A stretch of 64,000 nucleotides of DNA, from the NCBI GenBank assembly GCA_050230475.1, contig JBFLGF010000033.1:1-64000 (forward strand), written 5' to 3'. Source of the DNA: Ancylonema sp. Lineage: Eukaryota. Positions 50,750-63,698 of this stretch are shown piece after piece (the first letter of the stretch is position 1; each line of letters opens with the position of its first letter). A program made the translations under genes and the position numbers. Under the pieces are notes generated by a model, which did no database searches, was not told the origin of the DNA, and saw only the letters and a program-made list of their open reading frames with translations.

Positions 50750-53700
50750 ATGGCCTCTGCTATGCAATGCGTAAACTTTGGTGCGGACGTTGCACGATGT
50801 AGGCCGCTCAACCTCTCCGAGGCGCCCAGATTCACAAAAAAGATCCCCCCAGACGATGATCATCGGTTGAGGGCGACCAATCCCAATTTATTAAGAGGTC
50901 TTTACTGCTCACGAAAGGACTGGGGCACCCCTGGCAGGTCACTGAGGGCTGCATTGGTGACAGAGGGTCCCAAGTCTCCTCCGAACACATTTGAGGTGGC
51001 TCATGAAAAAATCATAACTTCTGAGATGCTTCCAAAAGTAACGAAATGTAAGAGAGTCATCATGGTGCGGCATGGAGAAAGCACATGGACTGCAGAGGGC
51101 AGAATTCAAGGCAGCTCAGATTTGTCGGTGCTCACCTCTAAGGGCGTCTCACAGGCAGAGACTAGTCGCGCAATGCTCGAGGCTGACCACTTCGACGTAT
51201 GTTTCCATAGGTATGGACTTCATATCACAACTTTACACGCGAGGGATACCTGATAACCGTGTTTGTTGCTAACCTCCTGGCTGGTGGAGATGTAATCAGG
51301 CCATGTCATCCTACAATGCCACGACCAGTTTTTCACAGCTGTAGCTAGGGAAGACATGATATTTCATGCCATTGGTGGAACAAAATGAACCTCATCCACA
51401 TCTTTTTGGAATCCCCTTGTGATGTCATTCAACTTCAGTCCCCTCCAGCGATCCGCCAAAACGGCCGAAATCATTTGGGGATCCCGGACCGGAGAGATGA
51501 TCCCGTTGTATGATTTACGCGAAATTGACCTCTATGCATTTCAGGTACTCGTAGTAGCCACCCTCGTGTTTTGTCACCCACACATTCTGCTCCATTTCAT
51601 CCTAAAAAGCGCTGTCTGCAGTTGTACCCTGCTGTCTCATCAGACATTCAGTCTCACCAACTGCTACCTCCCAACTCCATCCCTACCCCTCCACATGGGA
51701 GCCACCATTGCCACACGTGCAGTGTAAGGCTGCTCACCTTTCCCTCTGTCCTCCCCCCAGGGCCTGAAAATAGAAGAGGGGAAGGCGCAGTTCGGGGAGC
51801 AATACCGGATGTGGCAGAAGCACGCGTCCGATTTCGCAATCGAGGGGCACTTCCCGGTGAGGGAGTTGTGGGAGAGGGCGAGCGCCTGTTGGCAGATTAT
51901 TTTGAGCCACCCGGGTGACTCCATTCTGGTGGTGGCACACAACGCGGTTAACCAGGCCCTGGTGGCCACGTCTACTGGTCGGTCCACATCCCCTGCGTTG
52001 ACTTCCATGAAAGTCAACTCGCCTCCATTCCTTCCAGTGGCAATCAGAGGACTAGCTTAATGTGCAAATTAGCGCGTGGTGTCTGTTGTTGCGAGAGATC
52101 GCATGTTTTTGTTGCCGAAACTCATCTCACGATACCTTCCAACTCAGGGGAGAGTTCATCATAGATTTGAGATGAAGAGAGCCAGAATCCCTCACATGGC
52201 TCTCACTCTCCCACCTCGTCTGTGTGAATTGCAGGTCTGGGTCCCGAGTATTTCCGCCAACTTCTGCAAAGCAATTGTGGCGTGAGTGTCATCGACTTCA
52301 CTCCGCGAGGGAGTGGGGAGGGGCCGCCATACGTGTGTTTGAATCGACTGAATCAGGCGAGACCTACCATCCCCTCTGCATCTCATCCTGAGCGTGTTTT
52401 TCATGTCGCAGCGGTTAGGGAAGTCTTGTTTTTGGAACAAATGATGGGATGGGGGATGCAGGAGTGAGTCTGTGCATTGTTTTGAAGCAGAAACTACACA
52501 AAACATGTACAGAATATATGTGAAAATACACTGTAAGTACATGGTGGGTATGAGAGAGAGAGAGAGAGGGGAGCTGAGGTCACGCAAGGACTGATTTCTT
52601 CCATTTTGGCTTCTCTTTGTTTGCAGACTCCCAGCCCTCCGGTTGGAGGAGCCGAGGACCAATCGGGTGGCAGGAAGGCCAAAGACCGTCTGGTGCTGGT
52701 CTGCCACGGAGCCACGGAGAGCTCCACAAATGTGGGAGCAGTTTGGGCATAGGTCTGGGGAGGATGTGGGCTGATTGGGGGGGGCTTTGGGGTGTGCAGA
52801 CTCGATTTCCTGCGGCTGAATCAGAGCAACTGAACATGCTGGGGGTGATGCAGGTAGGCGGGATGGCACCCACGCTCTTGATGCCTCTCCAGTCAATGTC
52901 AAAGTCAAAGTCAAAGTGAAAGTAGTTGAAACTGGCATCAGAAGGTAGACTCGTCTTCACTCACGTACGTGTGACGAGGATCTCTTTGGAGACCTCCTCT
53001 GAGCATGCCACATGGTGTACAAACACTCACCAGCCTGCCTCCTCAAGGACCTCAGGATGCGACACCTGTCCACGCGTCTGTGCAGGCTCGCAAAACCTCG
53101 GAGCTTCTCCTTGACCTCTCCGTGGATTCCGTTCTGAGCAGCCCCCAGCCTTCCGCCCTGCAGACAGCCCAGGCCATTGTGGAAGTGAGCTGGGGTGGGA
53201 TGGGTGGGATGTCGGTCACACGAGGCTGGAAAGGCAGAAACACGTACCCAGGGAACGCATAATTTGTTCGGAAAATCGGAGAGGAATTCCAGGAAAAAGG
53301 AAATGAAAGGAGGGTTACTGTGGCTCATGTTTGTAGGTGCAAGAGGCTGCGGACTGCCTGGGAGCTGACTGCGTGCCGAGATACGTGGACCTCCTACAGC
53401 TGCCGGAGCTCAAAGATCTGGGGTGGGGCGAGTGGCAGGTGGGGATACAGCTCATTGTGTATCTGATTCGCTGGTCCCGGGATAGCTACTGGAGTGTGGA
53501 GTATAAAAGTTTACTTCTTGTCGCACAGGAAGAGGCTCTGTGTATGCATGAATGTATGACTGTATGTATGTTCGGACCTTATTTATGTCAGGCGACTGGG
53601 CTTTGGCATGGATGCCCACTCTGCCCTCTGTCACAGACAACCATCGTCAACGTTGGTTGCAACGTATGCTGTTGTGTCTTTTTCTGGACTTTGGAACAGG

Positions 53701-54137
53701 GCGAGTCAGAGAGCGAAGTGGGCAGTGAAGGTCGGTGGATAGACCAACTCCAGCACTCTCCTATCGAGGGTGGTGAGAAATTAGACGACTTGTGGCAGCG
53801 GGCCGGCCAAGCATGGGGCGCGATTCTGCACCACATGGCGCGTCCGTGGCCCCCGCCAGAGGAGGGGGAGGAAGAGGCTGTGGTTGATGAGAGGGGAGGA
53901 AGAACGGTAGTGGTTGTGGGGCACGAGGTGGTGTACGAGGCACTGGTAGGGAATGCTTTGGGGCTGACGCAGGAGTGGTTAGGTGCTTGCCACTTCAACC
54001 CGGGTGGAGTGAGTGTCATTGACTTTCCTGAGGGTGTGGGTGGCAAAGCAATAGTGCGGTGTTTGAATTACACGGCACATCTAGGGAGGTGGGCGGTACC
54101 GGTTACGAGGCCTACATCCAATGACGAGGACTTTTAG
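50750..54137 (+). CDS. Tandem histidine-phosphatase (PGM family) protein, 2-carboxy-D-arabinitol-1-phosphatase-like, plastid-targeted
   Basis: VRHGESTWTAEGRIQGSSD, SPLQRS, LREIDLY and VVAHNAVNQALV. A second degenerate domain carries LVLVCHGATE, and the C-terminus is CLNYTAHLGRW...DEDF. Confidence 0.85.
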
Positions 54138-54824
54138 CAGTCATGTGTCAGATTTGCGTCGTCAGTAGAGCATGCGCGTCATTCATGAATTTGGATGCCC
54201 ATATGGCGCAAAATCTAATTTTGTAGTGTGCTCACTTGTAGAGTAGAGCCTCTTAGATACGGTCGCTTTGACAGTGGTGTATCGTCCTTGCACACAAAAG
54301 AAGAAAAAGTCAAGATATTCGCCATATCCCTAGTATCCGGAGAAGCAATTATACAGCAATCGAGACATTCCTAAACTAGGAAATTTGTGCACTGGGGTTC
54401 AGTCCGCAATAGATGACTTCATGGCCAACACGTTTTTTGTCAAACATATGCTTGCACCGGACATCGACCACAAAATTGCACAAATTGCACAAAATTTCAC
54501 AAAATTTCCTCTCCTATTCGTGTGTGGTCGATTTGTGATACACGCTTGTCATGGAGTCACGTAATCAGTCGTAAATGGATGTAAGCGGATCCAATGTTAC
54601 GAATCTTTGATGAAAGATCTCATTGTTTGCGCTACGGAGTATTTTTTCCTCATACATCAAGGCACTTAAATAACTCTCGTGGAAACGACCTTAAATCAAC
54701 AATCTTGATAGCTTGCCCAGCCTACCAATGTCACACAATGTACAACTGATATTGTGTTGAGAACTCAAGTTGTAAATATCGGTGCCATTCAGGAGTAGCC
54801 GTTCGCCGAGGTGAGTCATCGACA

Positions 54825-57709
54825 TCACTTGGAGCACCTCGCTTGATTCTCATGAGCGGCCATGCAGTCTCGGTCTTCCCGTTCGGTAGTCACAGCCACC
54901 CCTAGAGCTTGCAGGAAGTTGGTTAGCGAGCAACACCCTCCTCCACCACGCAGTGATGCATGGGCCAAAAATGGCAATTTCCGCAGCGCTCTGCCACTGA
55001 AATTCTGCGCAAGGATCACAGGAATGTAGACTTTATCGTGTGTCAACAACGTCCAATTTCTCGCGAATGATCGTTGGTTTGTGGAGATACCTCACAGCCA
55101 CGGGCCGCTACAAGGAGTTGGTAGCTCATAGGCTCCAGCCCTTGCTGAGAAGCCACCTGCTTGTAGGGGACCAGAGTCTGCACACAGACAGTTGTTGCAT
55201 CCAACAACAACACCACTTTGGGTCCCAGGGACAGCCACCCGATATCTTGCTCTCAGTGTCAACGGAACCGGACTGAGAGCATGGAGGGACGGCTCTACCG
55301 CACCACCAGTTTCTCTCACAAGTTGTGAACTTGTGCTATGCAAGCAACAAAATGGAGTCAACCGGCTCAATAATACTAGCGTGCCAAATGATTCAACCAA
55401 GCAAAGCAGGAGTAGGACTTTGCAGCTCAGAAACAGTCGCACCCGTACATCTGCGCAATTCCTTTGGGACTCCCGGGCTAGATTCCCTGAGCTGATGCCA
55501 CGAGCCTTTTGTGACAAACGATGTTGACCGAGTTGGCAAAGGCAGGATAGAGATGAGCTGACCGAAGAGTTGGGACTAATAATCTTTGCTCGCTGAAGTT
55601 CTTGGACACTGGACCGCAAAATCTCGTATCGCGCCGCAAGTGACGGCGGCCCGATGTAGGCTTTGATGTCCGCCCGATCCACAAACGCAAGGTCTGACAT
55701 GCATGCATTGCACTCCTGTCAACCGAATGCACGGGAGATAGGCAGCACCTCTCCTCTTACCTATCGCTTGCGTGATGTTGGATGTGGTGAGAATCATCAC
55801 ATTCGGTCGAGCTCTGAGAGCGTCGAGCTGCGTGAGAAGAGCGTTCACGACCTGACAACACAACAGGCAGCGACTCTCCTGCCTTCACTTCGGTTTTCTG
55901 CCGCTGAAGCAGCCCTGGGGACGCATGGAGTGAAGGTTACCCGAATGGAATCTGATGGCTCAGAGCCTTGCAAAGCAGCTTGCCTTGCTGCAGTAAGGCT
56001 CTCCACTTCATCTGAAATCCATTGCACACACAAACATGTCTGTTTTCAGCCATGACAGTTTATCACTCACAGTGATGAACCCCAAGCTGGAGCTCAAGGT
56101 TACCGATGAGAATGAAGAGGAGGCTGTCCTCCTCGTCAAGAAGCTCGTGGATCTTGGTGAAGAGCTTGCTCACCTGCACACAGCGAACTCCTCTTTAACA
56201 GGCTTCTACTACGGAAATGAAACCATGGAGTTCAGATGCTTACAAGCTTTCCAGACTCGCTGAACCATTTCGAGAACAGTGAGTGTGCGTTCACCTCGAC
56301 CAGCTGAGATCTTTTATATCTGCATCGAAATCGGTGCAAGATAGGTTCGATTACCCACCCAATCGCCACTGCCACAATGAACTTCTACATGCTGTGTCCA
56401 GATGCTGTGTATTTAAGGTGCCTCACCGATCGTGGAATAGGATGGCAAGCTTCTGCGCTAGAGCCTTGCTGCACACTTGCCCCCGTGTCACGTAAGAGTG
56501 CATCAACATGCAATACACATATCAGCTGTCGGATACAGAATAAAGGAAGCGCAAACAAGAAGATAGCAGGGTCCAGGCAACTGTAACATCTTCCAGAACT
56601 GCGGATGTGATGCGTGAAGGCCAAGGTGAGCAGCTTCGGCAGCAGCAAGTGGTTAGTGGGCGTACCAGAGACTGGTTTTGCCAGTGCCTGGGGGGCCAAA
56701 TAGGAGAACGACACGGTTCCAGGCGACCAGAGTTGGATCCACATTGTATTCCGCAAACAAAAGAGCGGACGAGGAGTATCTCAGAAGTCTCTGCTTGATA
56801 CTTGAGTCAAATACAAGACTTTCCCAGAGTCCAGCAAAGTCACGAGATGGAAGCTGCCATTCGTGGAAGACTGCCAGCTCCTCATCATCATCCATCTCCT
56901 CTTCTGCCCCTTCCTCATGCAGTTGATAGGCATGAATTTGTAGCCGAACTTGCCAGACCAGGAGAACTTGTTGCCTATCGTCTGCACATGCCCTCAGCCC
57001 ACTGTAGATTGATGATCACACTCCTCAATCCTTTACTGCTCAGAAAGATCATGGGACAGGACTCACCGATGTCTGTAAAGGAGACCCGCTCCACGTGCTT
57101 GTCTACGAACTCATCCTCCCCTTCTGTCAGGGGCACTGGCCCGTCTACGTATGTGAGGCTTCCAATACGCTTCCCCAATAGTCTGTAAATAAGTTAGGCA
57201 TTTCAGCTCAATATCGGATGACCTTCTTGTTGCTGCCCTCTGGACATAGTCCGCAACTTTCTGCATTCAAGTCCTCTCGTATGCCAGGACGCAATATTAT
57301 CATTGGAAGCGCCAGCGACCACTAAGCAACCACGTCAGCTCGACTCACCGTTCCACTACGGTTCGAACCTCGTGCGATTGTGCTGTGCTTCCCTTTCGTA
57401 TACATACCTCAACTGCGGAAAAAGTGTAGGAGGATCAGTACACGTGCTGCCTGCATACTTTGCAGGTTGCAAACATTTACCTGTGACGGGGACTTTCTCA
57501 ATACTATTTCCCGGAGTTGGAGCTGCAGTTATTGAGAGCTCCGCGCCATCATCAATGTTATCTTCCATAGCACAGGAGTCTGGCATTTGCTGCAGCGTCA
57601 TGTTGTCTTCATCGTCATTGATAGCTGCTTCTTCTGTTGTAGAAATCCTGGTTGTGTTCTGTCCGTCGACGAATACACACATGTCCATTGCGAGCTCGTT
57701 TGCATGCAC
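54825..57709 (-). CDS. PCH2: Pachytene checkpoint protein 2 / TRIP13 AAA+ ATPase, multi-exon
   Basis: [80 protein letters not shown] and [15 protein letters not shown]. Confidence 0.92.
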
Positions 57710-58189
57710 CGCACCTAATCAGAGCTGTTAAAATCCATATTTTTACTGCAACTTGGTTCATCGCTTCGGGTTCCCATAAAGCTACCTTCAAAACAAAAAA
57801 AACAAAAAAACTTTCACATTTCAAATCCCGAAAACATGCGCATAGGCAAATCCGACTAAACGGCGGCTTCGTTCGGACATAAGAGTCTGTTGCGGTCACG
57901 ACCACTATCACAGGTTGTGAACTGGAGAGGACTCCAGTTGCAGCTTATAATGTCACGTACACTCAGAATTCGACAAAATTTTGAACCCGTGAGAGTTTGT
58001 CGTTCCGGAGGCGATCGAGTGTTCTTTCTTGAAACTGTCAAGTTGACAGACGTAGGGAAGATTTGGTCTTCGTTTCACTTTTCCCACGTGGCAGTGACCC
58101 CTTGTCAACCTTCCGTCACGCCGACTTGGACTTCCGTCAACACAAGACGGTATGAGATGGTTGAGACGGTGAGAAACCCATGGCTGCAC

Positions 58190-58930
58190 GAGACGCGTAT
58201 CGTGTTGGATACGTTTCCGATACGATACGGCCAGATACAGTTTGGGTGGGGCCTGGCTGGCATGCAGGAATTCCTCTAGCCAGCGCATGATGTTGCCGTC
58301 CAGAGCACGGCCGAGTCGCACAACGCGTTGATCCTTTCTCACCCCTCGAGTGGCTGTGTCACCACGCTGGAAGCCAAGCAGCTGATCCTTCTCTGTCACG
58401 TCAGGCTCCTCTTGGGTCTCTGTGATGATGTTGTACACTTCGCCCTCTCTAGGTTCCCCATTCTCCTTGGGCATGTAAGCATTGCTCCTTAGATAAGAAA
58501 CCACTGTCGGCATGCACACCCGTTCCCACCCAAGTTGATTGTGAGGGGCAAAGGGACCGCGGTTAGTGTGGTCAGGCTTCCGAGGAATGTGATAGGCCTT
58601 GAAAATATTGTCTAGAGGTGGGGTTGTAAGAAGAAATATAGGGAAAGTTTTCTTGTCGCATCGTATCGGCCCGATACGCGTATCGTATCGGACACGCGAT
58701 ACGCAAGTCCTGCCAAACTTGTGTACATGAGGCTAATACACAAATCCGTTATAACATTTTTTTGGTATTTATATCCTTGTTTTTTCTTTTTTTCCCCGTA
58801 GGAGCGGGACACGGGCCGTATCGTATTGTAATGTATCGGACACCAATATGCATATCGGGGCAAGCGTGAAGAAGCATGATGTATCGAGCCGTATCGCCGT
58901 ATCGAAAATTGCATATTGGAGGGTACAAGT
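58190..58930. repeat. GTATCG/CGATAC motif-rich MITE-like DNA on both sides of the methyltransferase fragment; related motifs at 14150-14270
   Basis: Multiple CGTATCG/CGATACG motifs in both orientations at 58196-58238 and 58660-58905. Confidence 0.5.
58250..58615 (-). pseudogene. Fragment of a cytosine-5 DNA methyltransferase C-terminal region (motif IX/X-like), probably retrotransposon-derived
   Basis: LDNIFKAYHIPRKPDHTNRGPFAPHNQLG/(frameshift)RVCMPTVVSYLRSNAY...EEPDVTEKDQLLGFQRGDTATRGVRKDQRVVRLGRALDGNIMRWL. This fits the E.E.LLGF....T.......R...LG pattern of C5-MTases. Confidence 0.65.
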
Positions 58931-60403
58931 GCCATATCGTGCAACTTAAAAGAAACCTGATCGAAACCCCCCGTTTTATTTTGGTAAGTGTTATACGCAT
59001 CAATCCACCCCGTCCCCCCACCCGTTTTCTATTTATATTGACCTCCCCACCCAATGGTGTCGACTTATTTCCGGGTACCCACACCCCCACGTTTATATGT
59101 GTACACCGTCTAATCACGATCTCCACCGCCCCTTTTCCTAGAGCAGTACGAACCCTAGCCGAGAGACCAGGGTCACCCAGGCATTGATTTTAATCTAATC
59201 CGCCACTTTAAACCCCTTCAATTAACTTTCAACTACTCCCGAATTTCTGAAAACAATAACTTTGTTATTGTTATAGGTTGCCTACAACCTACGGAGTTTG
59301 AATATATTGGTGGGGGTTCGTATATGGTTTCTACGGTATACTCGTCCTCGTCGGCTCCCGCAATCTTTACGCTCGGCAATTCATTGATGGCTATGCTTCT
59401 CTCCCTGATCCCCTTGACTACGCATCTTTCTCATCTTGGGCCTCAACAGAGACATTGCTTCTTTACAGCATGCCAACTCTCGAGCTAATGACAGTCGGTA
59501 CATACAAGGTACCGACCCAAGCATGTTGAATGCATCCCTCCGCATCTCGAACGAGTCTAGGAGGAAAACCTTTTCGGTTGCACGGTCCAACGTTTGCATG
59601 ATCTTGGACCAAAGGCACAAGTGGTATTGCGTCTTTCATACCTCATCCATTTTGCTAGCAGATTTTCCCTAGCCTCCTCCAATATGACATCCTCCGATTT
59701 TGCCTCCGGCATGCTAAAAGCACCTACCGTAGCAGCAATATATAACGCCGACCAAATAATTATAGGGGGGGGGGGGGGGGCGAACCTCAATACTGATAAT
59801 TCCGTGGTTGCACGACACGCATGGCACGTTTGGCATGTGGCACGTATCTAGCGTGCCACGGAGACGACATGATGTACGGTTGTCAGTCCTCACATCGTTT
59901 GGCGCGTACCACACGAGTGTTGCGCATCACGATCATCTAGCTTGTCACAATAGACATGCCTTCGCTATAGGGAGTCGTGTTGTATCATCCATAGTTGTAC
60001 GACACGCTCGTTTACCCCTTTCGTTCAACGTGTTATTCATGGGAACGCTTTGGCGTTCCACGTCTACACCAGCGTCCGCGCATATATAGGGAGCATTTAC
60101 ACCATCCGGCCAAATCGATATGGTTTGCCTGCCATACGAGTGCACAAGACCCCTTCAAATGGCATGTTGGCTGGCTGAAACTTGGCGAGACTTACCTCCG
60201 CCCATGAGGCTCAAGTAAATTATTCATTTGACATCGATATAAATTATTTCACAACACAAAATTCAATCAGAATCAATTTTACAAAGTACATTTGTATAAA
60301 ATCCATCCATGGCACCAATTTCTCATACAAAATTGACTTTAAGCAGCTTTGTGGACACCCTCTTCCGCTATATACATCAATTTGAACAAATCGAGGGAAA
60401 TCT

Positions 60404-63400
60404 TTAGTTGCGTGCATTCCTCAAGAGATGCCTCGAAATTATGACCCGCATGATCTCATTGGTACCCTCTAAAATACTGTGAACGCGCAAATCACGGACA
60501 TACCGTTCCACCTGCATCACAAACCGAATGTTGATAACGAGATACATCAAACGCATGTAAGTGGAAACAGCAGGAGAACGCTGAAATTAAGCAGAGCACT
60601 TTGTTCCCATTCCGGGTGCCCCCAACAAGATGATGAAGAGTCTCACTTTCATTCGTCCCCATGTCACTCACGTCATAGTCCTTCAGGTACCCGTATCCGC
60701 CCAACGCTTGAACCGCCTGATTGGCCACATTGTAGCAAGCATCAGTGGCAAACCTGAATCAGAATCCCGACCACATGGAAACCAAACCAAAGAGCCTCAG
60801 AAAGTGGACCCCATACTCCCATCGGACTACCTTTTTTGCCAAAGTTTGTTTCCCTACTGGTACAAAGGAATGCCACACTCACCTTTTGGCCATTGCGGCG
60901 GCTGACGTGGCCCATGGAGCCCCCGGCCATGTCAGCATCCACTTGAAGTAGTCAGTGTTGCGTCACATGATGGAACGAGTCGACCACAATGTGTCGCTTT
61001 TGCGCCATTGGTGCTCTCTGATTATTCGAATTTATCGAATTTATCGAATTTATCGAATTTATCGAATTTATCGAATTTATCGAATTTATCGAATTTATCG
61101 AATTTATCGAATTTATCGAATTTATCGAATTTATCGAATTTATCGAATTTATCGAATTTATCGAATTTATCGTCTTTATCGTCTTTGACCCCAGTTTTAT
61201 GTACACGTTGCCCTAATGTTCCGCTCACTGCCACCCTCACATTGCATTCCAGATTTTAGCCTTTGATCCAATCTGACGCCCATCATTCGGAGTGCTCATG
61301 GATGTATAGGCGCTGGTACCTCATCTGCAGCAGTAGCTGCGTTCCGAACCATAAGCCTTGACGCCTCCACCTCTGTCGCCATGTCTGCTAACCGGAACTG
61401 CCAACTTTGAAAATCTGCTAACCGCTTCCCAAACTGCAAAGGATCAAATTTCCGGATATCAATATTTTTCACCTTCTCGGTGCTTTCCACCTGTGGTCAT
61501 CTGCTCAGTACACCCTCCAATTCCAAGTGGAATATAATGGAGGACAAGCATGTGTGTTATTCCTTTCACCTGTTTGCGGTCCAAGCCATGTTGTGTGGCC
61601 TTATCCAAACAGAACTGCGCACCCCCCACACTGCACCCACCAAGATGAAGTAAGTTCAGGTCTACCACATCCCAGTCGAAACAACTCCACCTCACTCCCT
61701 TCCCAAAAAGAAAGACCAGGCAGTGCCTGTCCCAGGGTAGCCCCTACATGAAATGAGGACCAAGGGGGGGGGAAGGGTGAGTGGCCAACCTGCATGCTCC
61801 GATATTGATGCGGCCTCCGTCAAGACCTGCCATCGCAATCTTGAAGCCTTGTCCCTCGCCACCGACCCTGTGTGACACAGGCACGCGCACGTCATCCAAG
61901 TGTACCTGTGATGGTGATGGGGATGGTGGCAATGTGGGGGGTGTTGGGCGGGGAAGGTGATGATTGGACAGGGCTGAGGGCTGAAAGGGTATTCTGAGGA
62001 AGAAAAGGATCAGGAGCAGTGAGGGAATGGTCACCGAATAAGTCAAGTGAGTGGTCATGATTGTTTTTCCTGTCGATCCCCTTCGACGTGGTTACCCCTG
62101 AAATGTGTTTGAGTGACAATTCCCAACTGGAGCAGAGGCCTCACAGAGACTGTGGGCTGCGAGTTCCATCCCATCTTTTTCTCTTGCGCACCAAAGGACA
62201 GCCCCGGGGTGCCCTGCCAACCGACCAATCGAGTCACCAAGTATCCATCGTTACAAAAGAAATGGCACCAGTGAGGTCTCATTGATTCATATATTTAGAA
62301 TGGTCAATGAAGAGATGATTGTTGGGATTCACCTTTTCCACGATGAAGCAGGTGATGCCACCTGGCCCTACCTCCCCTGTGCGGGCCATGACAAGATAAA
62401 CGTCACTCACCCCCCCCCCACTGATGAACGCCTGCACCGCCCAGCCCCCCAGCACTTCCTCATCCTTCCTTTGAGCCACCTCCCATATCCCAGCGGTACC
62501 TTGGAGCCCTGAAGGGAGAAGTCTGTTGTTCCTGCCACTGGGCGTGCACTTGTCTGCCAGACATGACACCTGGCGGTCAGCCACGTGTCAGCTCCCTGCG
62601 CGTTCTGGAAGGTTCTGGTTGTACCAATAGAGAGGCTGCATCGGACCCAGACTCAGGCTCCGTGAGGCAGTAGGAGGAGAGGTGGTCCTGCAGAAGGCCA
62701 GGTGTTGCTGAGTCAGCAGGCACCACATGGCCATGCATGAGGTGGATACCATGGTTACCAAGTGTACCATGGGTGTGAGATGGGGCAGCCAGTGGTGACG
62801 CTGCTCTGGGGTGCCGAATCTGCACCGGCCACATGGCACCCTGAGATTGAGCGTCCTAGCAGGAAGGACAAGTGGACAGGTGGACGCTTGATGATGTCAC
62901 CTGTCGATGATGGAGCAGCACATGTTGTGAATGGTGAGGTACGCGGATGTGCTGACGTCAGCATATGCGAGGGTCTCGAAGATGACTGCGGCGTCCGCCC
63001 GACCGAGCCTGCAAGCACGGGGAAAAGGGCATTACAAGCCGATGTGCGGAGCATTTTGGACCGCGAGAGATACACAGGCAGAAGTGAGGAGGACGGGTGG
63101 GTGGAGGGCACAAGGGATGGTGCCGGCTGGTATGGTACCCTGATCCCCCTACGTCTTCCTTGCAGTACAGGCCCCCAAAGCCAAGAGCTGCCGCCTTGCG
63201 CAATGTGTCGACGGGAAAGTGCTTAAGTTCGTCCCACCTCGCTGCATTGGGGAGGAGCTCCTCTAAGGCAAAATTCTGAGCAGGACCCCGCATGACAGTG
63301 CCACAAGTTACTTTGAATAGTTGATCAAGTCCGAATGCTCGCTACTTCTGAGATACCACAGTACTTGGAACGCAAAAAGCTAAACTTCGATGAATAATAT

Positions 63401-63698
63401 CCATACTTTTCATACCTTTATTACTGTCCAGCAGAGAAGGCTTAGTGACCCCTGAACATCCGGAAAAACTTTGTACCTGAGCTAGTGTGCGGAATTCCAA
63501 TTGTTGCTCCGTGAGTGTATGTGTGGACGTTTCCGATGGATATGCAGCAACACGTGCAACCTCGCCACTGGGAAGAGGAAGTGTGCTGTTTGCCACGCTC
63601 AATGCCCGTGAGTGACTCTGCCGGAATCTCATCTCTAGGCGCCGTGCACTAGCGGCGTGTGATAAGAGCCGCCCAAGCCTGACTGAACGAGTTGCCAT
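60404..63698 (-). CDS. ACAD8: Isobutyryl-CoA dehydrogenase (ACAD8-like), mitochondrial, multi-exon
   Basis: [91 protein letters not shown] and [10 protein letters not shown]. Confidence 0.88.
61027..61186. repeat. Perfect 9-bp tandem repeat (CGAATTTAT)x16 in an ACAD8 intron
   Basis: 16 exact units at 61027-61170, followed by CGTCTTTAT variants. Confidence 0.95.

Noticed and set aside
59381..59790. Coding-like minus-strand ORFs
   Set aside because: Short, frame-broken and without any recognisable motif.
60952..61259. ORFs with INS/IYR/SNL/DKF repeats
   Set aside because: These are translations of the intronic 9-bp tandem repeat.
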